Virus genome (UHGV): UHGV-0287696
DNA length: 64,000 bases
DNA from: a virus
Direction: 5' to 3' (one strand)
Within the stretch, counting starts at the first letter, position 1. Each line of letters opens with the position of its first letter. A model generated the notes under the pieces. It saw only the letters and a list, made by a program, of their open reading frames with translations. It ran no database searches and had not been told where the DNA came from. Below are positions 9,705 through 19,715 of this stretch, one piece after another. The translations under genes and the position numbers were made by a program.

Positions 9705-10135
9705 AAGTAAAAGCAGAAATAACGGTGATACCTGAAAGACAGGATATTAAAGTTAAAGGGTTATTATTGACATTACCTCGTTCGGATTTCTACGATCCTG
9801 AAAATCCCGCCGCAGCGTTTGCGCGCCTACTAAGACATCACATGAGCGTTTGTGAGGCTATTAAAGATCCTACAGAATTCAATACTGACTTTCCAAAAAC
9901 TGTCAGTATTGAATTTTCTGGTGGCCATCTTACTGACATCATGGTGACAGCGGACGATAATAACGTTGAAGTTTATGGTGAGTTTTGTCCGGGTGGTGTA
10001 TACGGTGACGATGTTCGAAACTTTATTATTGAGCATGGTTACGTAGATCTAAAACCACGCATAATGTATCGCAACGATAAAATTTTAGAAATCCGATTCT
10101 TTGATATCAATCTAGCAAAGTCCGTTAAAGCGTAG
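9701..10135 (+). CDS. hypothetical protein
   Basis: ORF track frame 9683..10135; ATG at 9701 overlaps the upstream stop and has GGAGA upstream. Confidence 0.45.
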   Translation: MKVKAEITVIPERQDIKVKGLLLTLPRSDFYDPENPAAAFARLLRHHMSVCEAIKDPTEFNTDFPKTVSIEFSGGHLTDIMVTADDNNVEVYGEFCPGGVYGDDVRNFIIEHGYVDLKPRIMYRNDKILEIRFFDINLAKSVKA

Positions 10136-10168
10136 TAACTACTTCGATTTTTAGCTGTAAAATGACTG

Positions 10169-10212
10169 CCTACCGCCCGATTCTATGGGCGGTAGGTGTT
10201 TTTATTTTTTTT
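10169..10212 (+). terminator. rho-independent terminator
   Basis: hairpin cctaccgccc-gattctat-gggcggtagg followed by a long T-run. Confidence 0.8.
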
Positions 10213-10228
10213 GATCTGGGAGGTTTTA

Positions 10229-10789
10229 GTGACTACTTACGTACCTGATTTAAGTCTGGCCTCAGCCGAATTAGTGGTCGCTTTAATCAACCACGATAAC
10301 GGTTCACGGTTGTCTCTAAACGAAATCCGTATTAGCAACATTATGGCAAACCCGTCCCCGACCACTTCGCGTCGTAACACACTGACAGAGATTACAAAAA
10401 TCAGGAAACCTGATGGTGCTTCTGTGGTTGTTTATTACGACCGTTTGGATGCGGACGAAGTGTTAGCGTCTGAACCTATTTTGATTTCGTTAGACGGTAC
10501 CGAAGACAACCTTCGTGACATTTTAGGTGTTGTAAATGAATTCTGCGGAACGAACTTACAACCCGAAGATTTACGTGCTGCAGATATCACCTTAGGTAAC
10601 GAACCCATTGCTGTTAACGTTGCTGACGATTCTCCTGCGTGGATGAATGCGTTTATGGTAACGTTATTCGATACAACCGAACGAGCATTAGCAAACGAAG
10701 ATGACGCGATCTTCTGTATTGGTGATGATGCTGTTCTTACTTTTGAGGTTCCAGATGACGACACAGCTGAAGAAAACCCGGCTACATGA
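10229..10789 (+). CDS. hypothetical protein with shared DLxxIN-NLQxxDL domain
   Basis: ORF track start 10196 lies inside the terminator; GTG at 10229 with GGGAGG 5 nt upstream is the likelier start; C-terminal motif EDNLRDILGVVNEFCGTNLQPEDL recurs in 16184, 26039 and 26901. Confidence 0.5.
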   Translation: MTTYVPDLSLASAELVVALINHDNGSRLSLNEIRISNIMANPSPTTSRRNTLTEITKIRKPDGASVVVYYDRLDADEVLASEPILISLDGTEDNLRDILGVVNEFCGTNLQPEDLRAADITLGNEPIAVNVADDSPAWMNAFMVTLFDTTERALANEDDAIFCIGDDAVLTFEVPDDDTAEENPAT

Positions 10790-10991
10790 ACTTGACCGTT
10801 TTACCGGTAATGGAGGCCAACGCAAACTTTTATCAAAACTTAACAATCCCAAATCATGAAGCGCGGAGTTGGGCATCACTTTCACGTTAGAAGATGATGG
10901 ATTAAAACCAGTATAATAATCCGCTTATAAAAATGTTGAGGGGTAAAACACTTCCTCAGATCTTTTAGCTCCCGATAGAGAATTAAATATC

Positions 10992-13900
10992 ATGGCTAAA
11001 GCGGTAAAGAAAATTCGTTTACACGATTTACGTCCATACACCGGGGATATCGGTGAAGGCGTTTTACTTTTTTCGAAAGACGAAAGGGATTATCAGTTAC
11101 CTGTCCGCGAGATTGTTGCGGATATTGACACCGTCAGAAACGCGGTTGCCGACGCACAAACGGCGGCGGCCAAATCGCAACAGTCTGCAACAGAAGCCAC
11201 ACAAGCAAAAGACTTAGCAGAAACCGCGAAGCAACAAACTGACACGTTAGCTTCCACCGTTAGCGAGCAAGCGGGAACCGTTGCCACTAAAACTGCTGAG
11301 GTTAGCAAAAAACACGCTGAAGTTTTAGCCGCGAAAACTGCCGTAGATACTGTATTACAGTCGGTAAATGAGAAAGCTCAAGCTGTCGCTACAAGCGAAC
11401 AATCGGTGACGGCTGCAGCGGCTGATGTAACTAAGAAAGCAGAAACGGTTACGCAACAGGCCGGACAAGTTCAACAGACGGCTACCGGTGTCGAGAATAC
11501 TGCGGCTTCAGTTGAGGCCAGTAAGGGCGCAGTGGAGAAGATTGCTGCACAGGTCGCGAAAGATAAAGAAAGTTCAGAAGGCGCAGCAACACGTTCGGAG
11601 TCAGCTGCCTTACGTGCGGAGAAAATCGCTGCGCAGGGCTTAATCGACGCTAGTACAACCGGTAAAGGTATCGTTAAACTTAACGATACACTGACTAGCG
11701 AATCCGTGACTGAGGCTGCCACACCGTCCACGGTTAAACAGCTGAATGACGAATTACAGTTAAAAGCCAATAAACATTCGCCGAATTTTACGGGTAAACC
11801 GTCATCCCCAACACCCCCGAAAGATTCAAACGACACGAGTATTTCCACAACGGCCTGGGTGCGTGACGCGATTGCGGAACTGGTTGGTTCTTCACCCGAG
11901 ACGTTAAATACCTTAGCGGAATTAGCTGAGGCGTTAGGTAATGACCCTAACTTCGCAACAACGATTACTGGGGAACTTGCGCAGAAACAACCCCTCAGTC
12001 CGTTGCTCACCGCCATTGCCGCAGTCACCACAGCGGCAAACAAACTCATGTATTTCACTGGCAGTAATAAAGTCGGATTAACGGATTTTACAGAAACGGC
12101 TAGATCCTTGTTAGCGAAAGGGTCAACTGCGGATATCATCAATTTCTTGGGATTAAAAGCCACTGTAGATAAAGCGAATAGCGCGTTACAGAAAAACTCT
12201 AACGGCGCTGATATCCCAGATAAAGAAATGTTTGCTCGCAATATCGGTCTGTCTCCTGACACCTATCTGCGTTTCCGTGGCGAAATGCCAGTAGATGCCG
12301 ATATTAACACATTTGCTCCTGATGCCAATTACACAGGAACGTGGGCTAAGTCGACGTCAACCAATGCGTCGATGGCAAAACATTTCCCAGAAGACGGTGC
12401 AGTCGGTTATCTGGAAGTGTATAAAGCCGGTAATTACAGTGGCGCACAGCGTTTTACCTGCCGTAATGGTAACGTGTACAACCGTATGCTGAGTGGCGCG
12501 TGGAATGGTGCCAATGGACCCTGGTCACCGTGGAGAATGGTAACTACTGGTGTACGTCCGTTATCTACCTCTATAGACTTGAACAGTTTGGGTGGCGCTG
12601 AGCATATGGGTAACTGGCGAAACTCGTCCAGTTCGCTGGCTGTTTTTAGCAGACATTACCCTGAAGAAGGTGGTGGCGCGCAAGGCGTACTAGAAGTAAT
12701 GGAAGGTGGTCTTTTCGGACGGTTGCAACGATACACCACACGTCGTGGTACAATGTATGTCCGTGGTTTGACCGCAACGTGGGATTCATCAAACCCGCAA
12801 TGGGAAGATTGGATTCAGGTTGGTTATCAGACTGACGGTGCTTTCTTTAAAGCCAATTTTGACGATCTCGTTAAACCGGGACGTTTCAGTGTCACTGGTG
12901 AAGCAACTAATGGTCCACTTACCGGTTCTTCTGGTGAAACCATATTAGGCGTTTGTGAAGTTACCTTACGCTTAGACGGTACAGGGGTCGAACAGAATTA
13001 TACTACATACGGTACGGGTGTAGAAACTAAAGGTCGTAAATTCCAACGTATCCGTACGGGTAACGCTTGGAGCGATTGGCGCGAGATTTTCACATCATAT
13101 TCGCTTCCGTTAGTATTAGGTATAGGCGGTGAACGCGCGAATGTTGATCCTTTAGACTGGCAAACCTATGACTTTAAACCGGGTGAGTTAATCTGTACAC
13201 CACTTAACACCATGAAAAACATTCCTGCGGGAATGGATTGGGGTGTTATTGACGGTAACTTAGTTAGCATTCTGGTTGGTCCATCAGATGGCGCATCCTC
13301 AGGCCGGAGTATGTTGGTTTGGCGTAGTACGGTGTCTACTGCCAACTATCGATTCTTTGCAGTACGTATCGCCGGTGAGAAAGGTAGTCGTACGATTACA
13401 CCACGACAGATGCCTGTATTGAATGCAGCACACACCTGGGCAGAAAAACAGACCTTTGCAAAAGGGTTAGCAGGTGAGTTAACAGGCAATGCTTCAACCG
13501 CAACGAAATTAAAGACCGCACGTAGAATTGGTGGAGTCGCTTTCGACGGCAGTGGTGATATTAACCTCCCAGGTGTTAACCAACAGGGTAATCAAAACAC
13601 CACGGGTAATGCCGGTACAGCCACTAAACTTCAAACCGCCAGAAATATTAACGGTGTGAGGTTCGATGGTTCTGCTGACATCAATATCAACACCCTGGTA
13701 GGTCGTGGTCGGGTTACTGCACTAACCGGTTCAAACAAAGGTACGCCTGGTATTCAGATGTACGAAGTTTACAATAACGGTTATCCGACCGCTTATGGTA
13801 ACTTGCTGCATTTGGGCGGTTCTACTGCATTAGGTGAAGGTGAACTGTTAATCGGTTGGTCGGGCACGAGTGGTGCGCACGCACCCGTTTATATTCGTAG

Positions 13901-15590
13901 TCGACGTGATACAGCGGATGCGCCGTGGTCAGATTGGGCACAAGTTTATACTGCCCGTGATAGTATTCCTGGTGTAAATACCACCGGTAATCAAGATACT
14001 ACTGGTAACGCTGCTACCGCGACGAAACTGAAAACTGCTCGCAGAATCGGGGGCGTTACCTTTGACGGTACTGGGGATATCAATTTACCGGGGGTTAACC
14101 AGCAAGGTAACCAGAATACGACAGGTAATGCAGCAACCGCTACTAAGTTACAAACAGCACGTAAGATCGGCGGTGTTAACTTTGACGGTTCGCAAGACAT
14201 TAGTCTGCCCGGTGTGAACCAAACCGGTAACCAATCGACTACGGGGAATGCTGCGACAGCGACTAAGCTCCAGACTGCGCGAAATATAGGTGGCGTAGCT
14301 TTTGATGGTACTAAAGACATCAACTTACCTGGCGTAAACCAAACGGGTAATCAGTCGACCACCGGAAACGCGGCCACTGCAACAAAATTGCAGACAGCGC
14401 GTACCATTAACGGTATCGCATTTGACGGCACTAAAAACATCGAAATAACGGCTGAAAGTTTAAATCTTGGTCAAACTGTAGAATTGGCCGGTGGGTCATT
14501 GCAGAAGAAACAGAACGGTGCCGATATTCCAGATAAGAGAAAATTCTTACGAAATGTTGGTGCCGCGAACACAACAACTGTGTCTTTTAATGGTGGTGCC
14601 GGATGGTTCAAACTGGCAACTGTAACGATGCCGCAAGCCAGTTCCGTGGTTTACATAAGCCTGATTGGTGGTGCAGGGTTTAACGTTGGTTCCCCGCATC
14701 AAGCAGGTATCTCTGAGCTGGTTCTGCGTGCAGGAAATGGGAATCCAAAAGGTATTACTGGTGCGTTATGGCGACTGACTTCAGTCGGCTTCGCTAATTT
14801 TGCATGGGTGAATACATCTGGTGACACTTACGATATTTATGTTGAAATAGGTAATTACGCCACCGGTGTTACTATTCAGTGGGATTACACTAGTAATGCC
14901 AACGTAACGATTCATACATCGCCAAGTTATACGGCTAATAAACCCGCAGGACTAACAGACGGTACCGTCTATCTGATTTACAGCACACACAACAAGCCTA
15001 ACGCTGGTGACATCGGTGCGTTACCGTCAGGGGGCGGTACTATAGGTGGCGATTTAACCGTTAACGGTAAATTGGTCACTAAGTACCCTGATTTTCGAAT
15101 CGCTTACGGCAACTACGGCTTTATGTTACGTAACGATGGTGCCAATACCTATTTCTTAGTAACCGACGCCGGTCAAGCTGCAACGGGTTCCTGGAACGGT
15201 CTACGTCCGTTGTATTTTAATAATGCTAACGGTCAAGTAACCTTTGGTCATAACGTTACTGGCAGCGGTAACGGTTCGTTTAACGACGTACAGATTCGTT
15301 CTGACCGTCGTAACAAACGTAATCTGGTGAAACTAGATAAAGCTTTGGATCGGTTAGAGTTACTAACCGGTTATTTGTACGAAATTCAGCATCCTGACGA
15401 CGGCTGGCAGACCTCTGTAGGTTTAATTGCCCAAGACGCATTAGAAGCGTTACCTGAACTTGTGTCTGAGGACGACGATGCCATTTCAGGCGAAAAACGT
15501 TTACGTCTAAACTACAATGGCGTTATTGCGCTGTTAGTAGAGGGGATGAAATCCCTTCGCCAAGAGCTTAAAGAGCTTAAGGAGAAATAA
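10992..15590 (+). CDS. side tail fibre protein with C-terminal intramolecular chaperone (peptidase S74-like) domain
   Basis: 1532 aa; tail-fibre signature LNTLAELAEALGNDPNFATT; six tandem 40-aa repeats (GNAATATKLQTAR.IGGV.FDG..DI.LPGVNQ.GNQ.TTG); C-terminus SDRRNKRNLVKLD...YNGVIALLVEGMKSLRQELKEL matches the self-cleaving chaperone of endosialidase/T5 L-shaped fibre. Confidence 0.9.
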   Translation: MAKAVKKIRLHDLRPYTGDIGEGVLLFSKDERDYQLPVREIVADIDTVRNAVADAQTAAAKSQQSATEATQAKDLAETAKQQTDTLASTVSEQAGTVATKTAEVSKKHAEVLAAKTAVDTVLQSVNEKAQAVATSEQSVTAAAADVTKKAETVTQQAGQVQQTATGVENTAASVEASKGAVEKIAAQVAKDKESSEGAATRSESAALRAEKIAAQGLIDASTTGKGIVKLNDTLTSESVTEAATPSTVKQLNDELQLKANKHSPNFTGKPSSPTPPKDSNDTSISTTAWVRDAIAELVGSSPETLNTLAELAEALGNDPNFATTITGELAQKQPLSPLLTAIAAVTTAANKLMYFTGSNKVGLTDFTETARSLLAKGSTADIINFLGLKATVDKANSALQKNSNGADIPDKEMFARNIGLSPDTYLRFRGEMPVDADINTFAPDANYTGTWAKSTSTNASMAKHFPEDGAVGYLEVYKAGNYSGAQRFTCRNGNVYNRMLSGAWNGANGPWSPWRMVTTGVRPLSTSIDLNSLGGAEHMGNWRNSSSSLAVFSRHYPEEGGGAQGVLEVMEGGLFGRLQRYTTRRGTMYVRGLTATWDSSNPQWEDWIQVGYQTDGAFFKANFDDLVKPGRFSVTGEATNGPLTGSSGETILGVCEVTLRLDGTGVEQNYTTYGTGVETKGRKFQRIRTGNAWSDWREIFTSYSLPLVLGIGGERANVDPLDWQTYDFKPGELICTPLNTMKNIPAGMDWGVIDGNLVSILVGPSDGASSGRSMLVWRSTVSTANYRFFAVRIAGEKGSRTITPRQMPVLNAAHTWAEKQTFAKGLAGELTGNASTATKLKTARRIGGVAFDGSGDINLPGVNQQGNQNTTGNAGTATKLQTARNINGVRFDGSADININTLVGRGRVTALTGSNKGTPGIQMYEVYNNGYPTAYGNLLHLGGSTALGEGELLIGWSGTSGAHAPVYIRSRRDTADAPWSDWAQVYTARDSIPGVNTTGNQDTTGNAATATKLKTARRIGGVTFDGTGDINLPGVNQQGNQNTTGNAATATKLQTARKIGGVNFDGSQDISLPGVNQTGNQSTTGNAATATKLQTARNIGGVAFDGTKDINLPGVNQTGNQSTTGNAATATKLQTARTINGIAFDGTKNIEITAESLNLGQTVELAGGSLQKKQNGADIPDKRKFLRNVGAANTTTVSFNGGAGWFKLATVTMPQASSVVYISLIGGAGFNVGSPHQAGISELVLRAGNGNPKGITGALWRLTSVGFANFAWVNTSGDTYDIYVEIGNYATGVTIQWDYTSNANVTIHTSPSYTANKPAGLTDGTVYLIYSTHNKPNAGDIGALPSGGGTIGGDLTVNGKLVTKYPDFRIAYGNYGFMLRNDGANTYFLVTDAGQAATGSWNGLRPLYFNNANGQVTFGHNVTGSGNGSFNDVQIRSDRRNKRNLVKLDKALDRLELLTGYLYEIQHPDDGWQTSVGLIAQDALEALPELVSEDDDAISGEKRLRLNYNGVIALLVEGMKSLRQELKELKEK
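13480..14460 (+). repeat. tandem 120-bp (40-aa) coding repeats inside the tail fibre gene
   Basis: two copies near 13480-13690 and four near 13975-14450; the repeats create the spurious antisense ORF 13991..14323. Confidence 0.8.
15300..15587 (+). other. predicted intramolecular chaperone domain with autocleavage at Ser1437
   Basis: IRS|DRRNKRNL junction and conserved C-terminal helix; by analogy to S74-family fibres the domain is released after trimerisation. Confidence 0.6.
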
Positions 15591-15592
15591 AA

Positions 15593-16096
15593 ATGGGGGT
15601 AGCATCTGGATGGGTCGGTTCTTCGGCCAAGAACGAAACGGGCGAACAATGGATGAGCGCTGCTGGTAGTAAATTAGGATTGGGTAGACCTTTTATGATG
15701 AGTCAAATGGTGGGACGATCAATGGGCTGTAAAATTGCAACTGCTGCATATAGCGATTCTTTAGGTAAGAAATGGGGCGCGGTAGGGCCAAGCTGGCCGT
15801 TAAACCAGAAAAATCAGGGAACCATTCAAAACGCGGGTAACTGCGGGGTGGGAACTTTAGTAGGTATCGAGTTACAGTTAACGACGATAGTTGCTAACGC
15901 AAAACCCACTTTAGCGGTTTACTTACAAGGTGGGAGAGCCTCTAACATTACCGTAAATTTAGGTGGCAACACTTGTACGCTGACCTATCAGCAGGTTATT
16001 AACGGACAGCATTATTACTGGACTAATAACATCAGCGCTGCGTTCCAAAACGTGATGAAATCAACCGGTACACTGAGAGATTTCAAAATTAGTTAA
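15593..16096 (+). CDS. hypothetical Gly/Ser-rich protein downstream of the tail fibre
   Basis: 167-aa ORF starting 3 nt after the fibre stop. Confidence 0.5.
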   Translation: MGVASGWVGSSAKNETGEQWMSAAGSKLGLGRPFMMSQMVGRSMGCKIATAAYSDSLGKKWGAVGPSWPLNQKNQGTIQNAGNCGVGTLVGIELQLTTIVANAKPTLAVYLQGGRASNITVNLGGNTCTLTYQQVINGQHYYWTNNISAAFQNVMKSTGTLRDFKIS

Positions 16097-16183
16097 TTAT
16101 TTTTCAAGTGGAAGCGCTTGAAATCGTAATCGGGGGGATGTTTTAAAAGACTTTCTACGTCCCCCTAAACTTAAAGGTGTGTT

Positions 16184-18118
16184 ATGATGTTGGTGCGCGA
16201 TATTAAAGATTACACCGAACTAGCAACATACGCGTTAAATTCGTTGTTAACGCTTGACAAACCAGAAATACTCGACGAATCCGTCACGATAACGGTAGAT
16301 CAAGAAACGAACTATGATTACGTTGGCCAAGTCACTGGTCGTGTTTCTGTAGCTAGTCCCACTGAATATAAAATTGCGATGTATACCTATACAACGGGAG
16401 AGTACGCGCAAGGTGAATCAGCATTAAACGAATCGGGTGAGTTTAATTTTAAACGAACATGGCCGGGGACAAAACAATTTCGTTTAATTAGAATTGCTGA
16501 TGGCAAATGGATTTCTACGTTAGAGTTCCCATTGTGCATCCGTAGTTACCATATGCCAGAAAACGCGGACCCTGAAACGATCAGGATTATGAAAGATCGG
16601 TGTTATACTTACGATCAGGCTGTTGCTGCTCTCGCATTAATGGTATACGGTCATGAAAAGGTAGAACAGTTTGTAAAAGGTCTTTTAGCGCTGGTCAATG
16701 AAGACGGGGGCGTTAAATTCTACGTAAACCGACTTTCAGCTAAATCTTCGCGAAATTATTACCGTATGGGTAACGTCGCGTGGGTACTTTACGCTTTAGC
16801 TTTTTATCTTGAAAAATTTCCTGCCGGAAATCTAGCGGCACAGGTTCGTGAAAAATTAACACTTTCCTTAACCTGGCTGGAAACTTACAAGGTAACGCAG
16901 GAGACAGATCGCCGCAAAGGTTTATATCTTGGTGGAAAGGGTCGTTTTGTTACTACCGAATCAGGCGAACGTGTTTTTGAAGAAGACTACGTTGCACCTT
17001 TTGCGGCTTTAGAACATCAGGTAGATATTTGGTTCCTGTTCGAATTACTAGGGCGCGTCGGTTTTGATGCATACCAACAAAAAGCAGCGGACTTCGGTAA
17101 TAGAATAGTAGAAGCTTTTTGGATGGAAGACGAAGGACGTTTTCGTCAGGGTGTGAGAGAAACAGAAGATGATAACGCAGCTGCGTTAGATCAGTCCAGT
17201 TGGGGTGGGCTATTTGCGGCCAAATTTAAACCAGAGTACGCCGAACGTTGTCACGCTTTTATGGAGAAATTTCGCTCGGAAACCTCTGAGTGTCGTGGCT
17301 ACACACCATACAAAACCGAGTTTGGTTACCCTAATGCTAAAGAAGGGGTGTGGGTTGAAGGTGCCGCCGGTGTTGCATTATTCGAACGTCAGTTAGGAAA
17401 TGATAAACGTGCTGTTGAGATCATTAACGACTTAGATGTTCTTTTATCAGAATACGGTTATCGTGATTCTTGCGATGATCCTACCTATGATACGCTGCCG
17501 CCGTGGTGGTCAACCACAAACACTGCATGGGTGCTTTTAGTCTGTAAGCCAAGTAATTTTTGGCTTGTAGATAAGTCTCCTTTAACGGAGAGATATAATC
17601 CGCAGAATAAATTTTTACCAGATATTTCATTAAACTCTTTAAATCTTGTAATTTCGTTAGTGAATCACGATTTAAAAACAGATTACACGGAGTCTGATGT
17701 TGAAATCAGCAAGATTTCACTTAGCACGGAAGAAAATCGTGACACAACAGCGATAATGGAAATAAGACGTCCTAATAAACGGTCGTTACAGATCTATTAC
17801 AATCGTTTAACCGCAGAGCGGTGGTTAAACCAGCAACCTATTCTGGTAAAGGTCACCGGTAATGGTTTTACTACTCGCGATCTGATCGACGGAATTAATG
17901 CGGTCTGTGGTAGTAATTTACAAGCCGACGATCTTACCGATAAAACATTTACCGTAGGGAGGGACGCTGTAACATTACAAGTTTCACCCAACTCGCTAGG
18001 TTATAAAGGCCAATTCTCCGTTCTGGTTTTCGGTAACGATGAAGAAGCCGCAGTAACAAAAGACAACGATTTAATCGTTACTGCAGATAACCGTGTCTTA
18101 ACATTCGGAGGTCACTAA
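16184..18118 (+). CDS. hypothetical large protein, possible glycoside hydrolase-like fold (tentative), with C-terminal shared domain
   Basis: 644 aa; C-terminal FTTRDLIDGINAVCGSNLQADDL matches the 10229 protein; enzyme assignment is weak, from sequence impression only. Confidence 0.5.
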   Translation: MMLVRDIKDYTELATYALNSLLTLDKPEILDESVTITVDQETNYDYVGQVTGRVSVASPTEYKIAMYTYTTGEYAQGESALNESGEFNFKRTWPGTKQFRLIRIADGKWISTLEFPLCIRSYHMPENADPETIRIMKDRCYTYDQAVAALALMVYGHEKVEQFVKGLLALVNEDGGVKFYVNRLSAKSSRNYYRMGNVAWVLYALAFYLEKFPAGNLAAQVREKLTLSLTWLETYKVTQETDRRKGLYLGGKGRFVTTESGERVFEEDYVAPFAALEHQVDIWFLFELLGRVGFDAYQQKAADFGNRIVEAFWMEDEGRFRQGVRETEDDNAAALDQSSWGGLFAAKFKPEYAERCHAFMEKFRSETSECRGYTPYKTEFGYPNAKEGVWVEGAAGVALFERQLGNDKRAVEIINDLDVLLSEYGYRDSCDDPTYDTLPPWWSTTNTAWVLLVCKPSNFWLVDKSPLTERYNPQNKFLPDISLNSLNLVISLVNHDLKTDYTESDVEISKISLSTEENRDTTAIMEIRRPNKRSLQIYYNRLTAERWLNQQPILVKVTGNGFTTRDLIDGINAVCGSNLQADDLTDKTFTVGRDAVTLQVSPNSLGYKGQFSVLVFGNDEEAAVTKDNDLIVTADNRVLTFGGH

Positions 18119-18738
18119 TGGCTGAACTGGTAGGAAAGGTACGCGTTCACGAACTGCCGACACTTTCAGAAGACGTCACAGGTGTAGTCGTCTTAGCGTC
18201 TAAAGAACAAACTGAATACCAACTCCCGATTGAAAAATTAGGGGGTGGTGAGGTTACAGTGAGTCCGTCGGCGAATAACATCCTTAAGTCTAACAGTGAT
18301 GGGTTGTTTGTTAATGGTGCGCACCCGATTGTACCAAAAATAGATGCAAAAACCGTATCGGGAAATATGGTAGTAGAAAAAACGTTGACGGGTGGTGCGG
18401 TAATCTGCAAAACAACGGTTGACGTTAATAACAGGCTGGGTGTTACGCAATTATCAGGGGTATCAATTTATAGCCAGTGTCTGTTGGAAAATAAATTGGT
18501 TTACCTGGCAGCAGATGGTGGTATTATTGATGCGTACTTCTACGTTAGTGGTACAAAAACCACAGCGAGTACAATAACCCACACCATTCGTGTTGTTTTA
18601 GCGAAGGTACCCTCTAAAGTTGTCGATATCACCGATTTGTCTGAAACCGAAGTACAATACGAGAATAGTAATTTACCTGTTAAGATCGTTATTAAACATC
18701 TTGCAGGGACAACACTTTCTCAGAACGGAATGAAATAA
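18118..18738 (+). CDS. fibre-related protein sharing the N-terminal domain of the 1532-aa tail fibre
   Basis: 206 aa; N-terminus GKVRVHELPTLSEDVTGVVVLASKEQTEYQLPIEKL parallels KKIRLHDLRPYTGDIGEGVLLFSKDERDYQLPVREI of 10992. Confidence 0.6.
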   Translation: MAELVGKVRVHELPTLSEDVTGVVVLASKEQTEYQLPIEKLGGGEVTVSPSANNILKSNSDGLFVNGAHPIVPKIDAKTVSGNMVVEKTLTGGAVICKTTVDVNNRLGVTQLSGVSIYSQCLLENKLVYLAADGGIIDAYFYVSGTKTTASTITHTIRVVLAKVPSKVVDITDLSETEVQYENSNLPVKIVIKHLAGTTLSQNGMK

Positions 18739-18744
18739 ATTTTA

Positions 18745-18790
18745 GGTAGTAGGGGCTAAGCCCCTACTACCTTTCTTTTTTTATTTTTTC
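18745..18790 (+). terminator. rho-independent terminator
   Basis: hairpin ggtagtagggg-ctaa-gcccctactacc followed by T-run. Confidence 0.8.
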
Positions 18791-18816
18791 TCAGATATAT
18801 ATTACCTAGAGGAGAG
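18790..18816 (+). promoter_or_regulatory. promoter-like box CAGATATATATTAC
   Basis: ctcagatatatattacctagaggagag about 50 nt upstream of the ATG at 18864; one of five related copies. Confidence 0.45.
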
Positions 18817-18863
18817 CGAAATTTACGTTCACTCCATTAGTTATAGCCGAAAAGGAGGATTAG

Positions 18864-19715
18864 ATGCATCACCCGTATTATCTCCCGCACATTCTAGCAA
18901 ATAGGGACCCCGCTTATTATTACGGACAAACAGAAGGATCTTTTAATCGACTTTACATTCGTGAATTTAATACCGATGAAATGACGGACGACCAGTATCT
19001 GGAGTATCTAAAAGACCTTTACGGTTTTTCAAAATCGAATAAAGATGGCTTTGGACGCCTCTCAGTCATTAGCGATGGTGAATATCGTCATTTAGCTAAG
19101 CCTGTTACGTACCCTATTATTACACGCGCTTATACATCAGATAGGCAATATCTTGCTGAACTAAAAATTCCTCTACGGATAGACGGGCCCCAAATTAGCT
19201 GTATGGAGGTAGAAATTCAACCGATTGCTGAAGACTATATTGAGGACTACTTCAAGAAAGCTAAAGACGTACTCGACGAGGGTTTAAGTTACTCTGAAGA
19301 AGGTACGATTTGTCTTCTCTCGCTACTCTCGAAGACTTATGTCACAGCAAATTTCCGTGTCTCTGATTCCAGTAACTACAATACACTTACTCCCTCTAAG
19401 ACAAAACCGGTCTATTGGGACGATCGGTTAGTCGACAGACACCGTTGGCTTACTATCTTAGATAAAGTAAAATTCGAACCCCCTAAACACACCGAAGACA
19501 ATTTTACTTTATTACACAACTTCGAACCGATCTATATCCCGACACATTTTGAACAAGCCTTACGTCATCGGTTGAAGTATGTGTTGGAATTACGGTACGG
19601 GAAGATAAATGGGCTAACCTGTTCTGGTGAATTGGGTGAAGAAGAACGCGAGAAAATAAAAATCGTGTTTGATAAGTTGGTTGAAGATTACATTAAGAAG
19701 GAAGGGCAATTATGA
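18864..19715 (+). CDS. hypothetical protein
   Basis: 283 aa; AAGGAGG Shine-Dalgarno. Confidence 0.6.
   Translation: MHHPYYLPHILANRDPAYYYGQTEGSFNRLYIREFNTDEMTDDQYLEYLKDLYGFSKSNKDGFGRLSVISDGEYRHLAKPVTYPIITRAYTSDRQYLAELKIPLRIDGPQISCMEVEIQPIAEDYIEDYFKKAKDVLDEGLSYSEEGTICLLSLLSKTYVTANFRVSDSSNYNTLTPSKTKPVYWDDRLVDRHRWLTILDKVKFEPPKHTEDNFTLLHNFEPIYIPTHFEQALRHRLKYVLELRYGKINGLTCSGELGEEEREKIKIVFDKLVEDYIKKEGQL

Noticed and set aside
10196-10228. ATG start at 10196 for the ORF 10196..10789
   Set aside because: This ATG lies inside the terminator stem and T-run; the GTG at 10229 with GGGAGG upstream is more plausible
11471-12262. 263-aa minus-strand ORF inside the tail fibre gene
   Set aside because: Entirely antisense to a strongly supported 1532-aa gene; low-complexity Ala/Ser/Val-rich translation typical of a spurious antisense frame; no Shine-Dalgarno
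13991-14323. 110-aa minus-strand ORF with internal repeats
   Set aside because: Artefact of the tandem 120-bp coding repeats of the tail fibre gene read on the opposite strand
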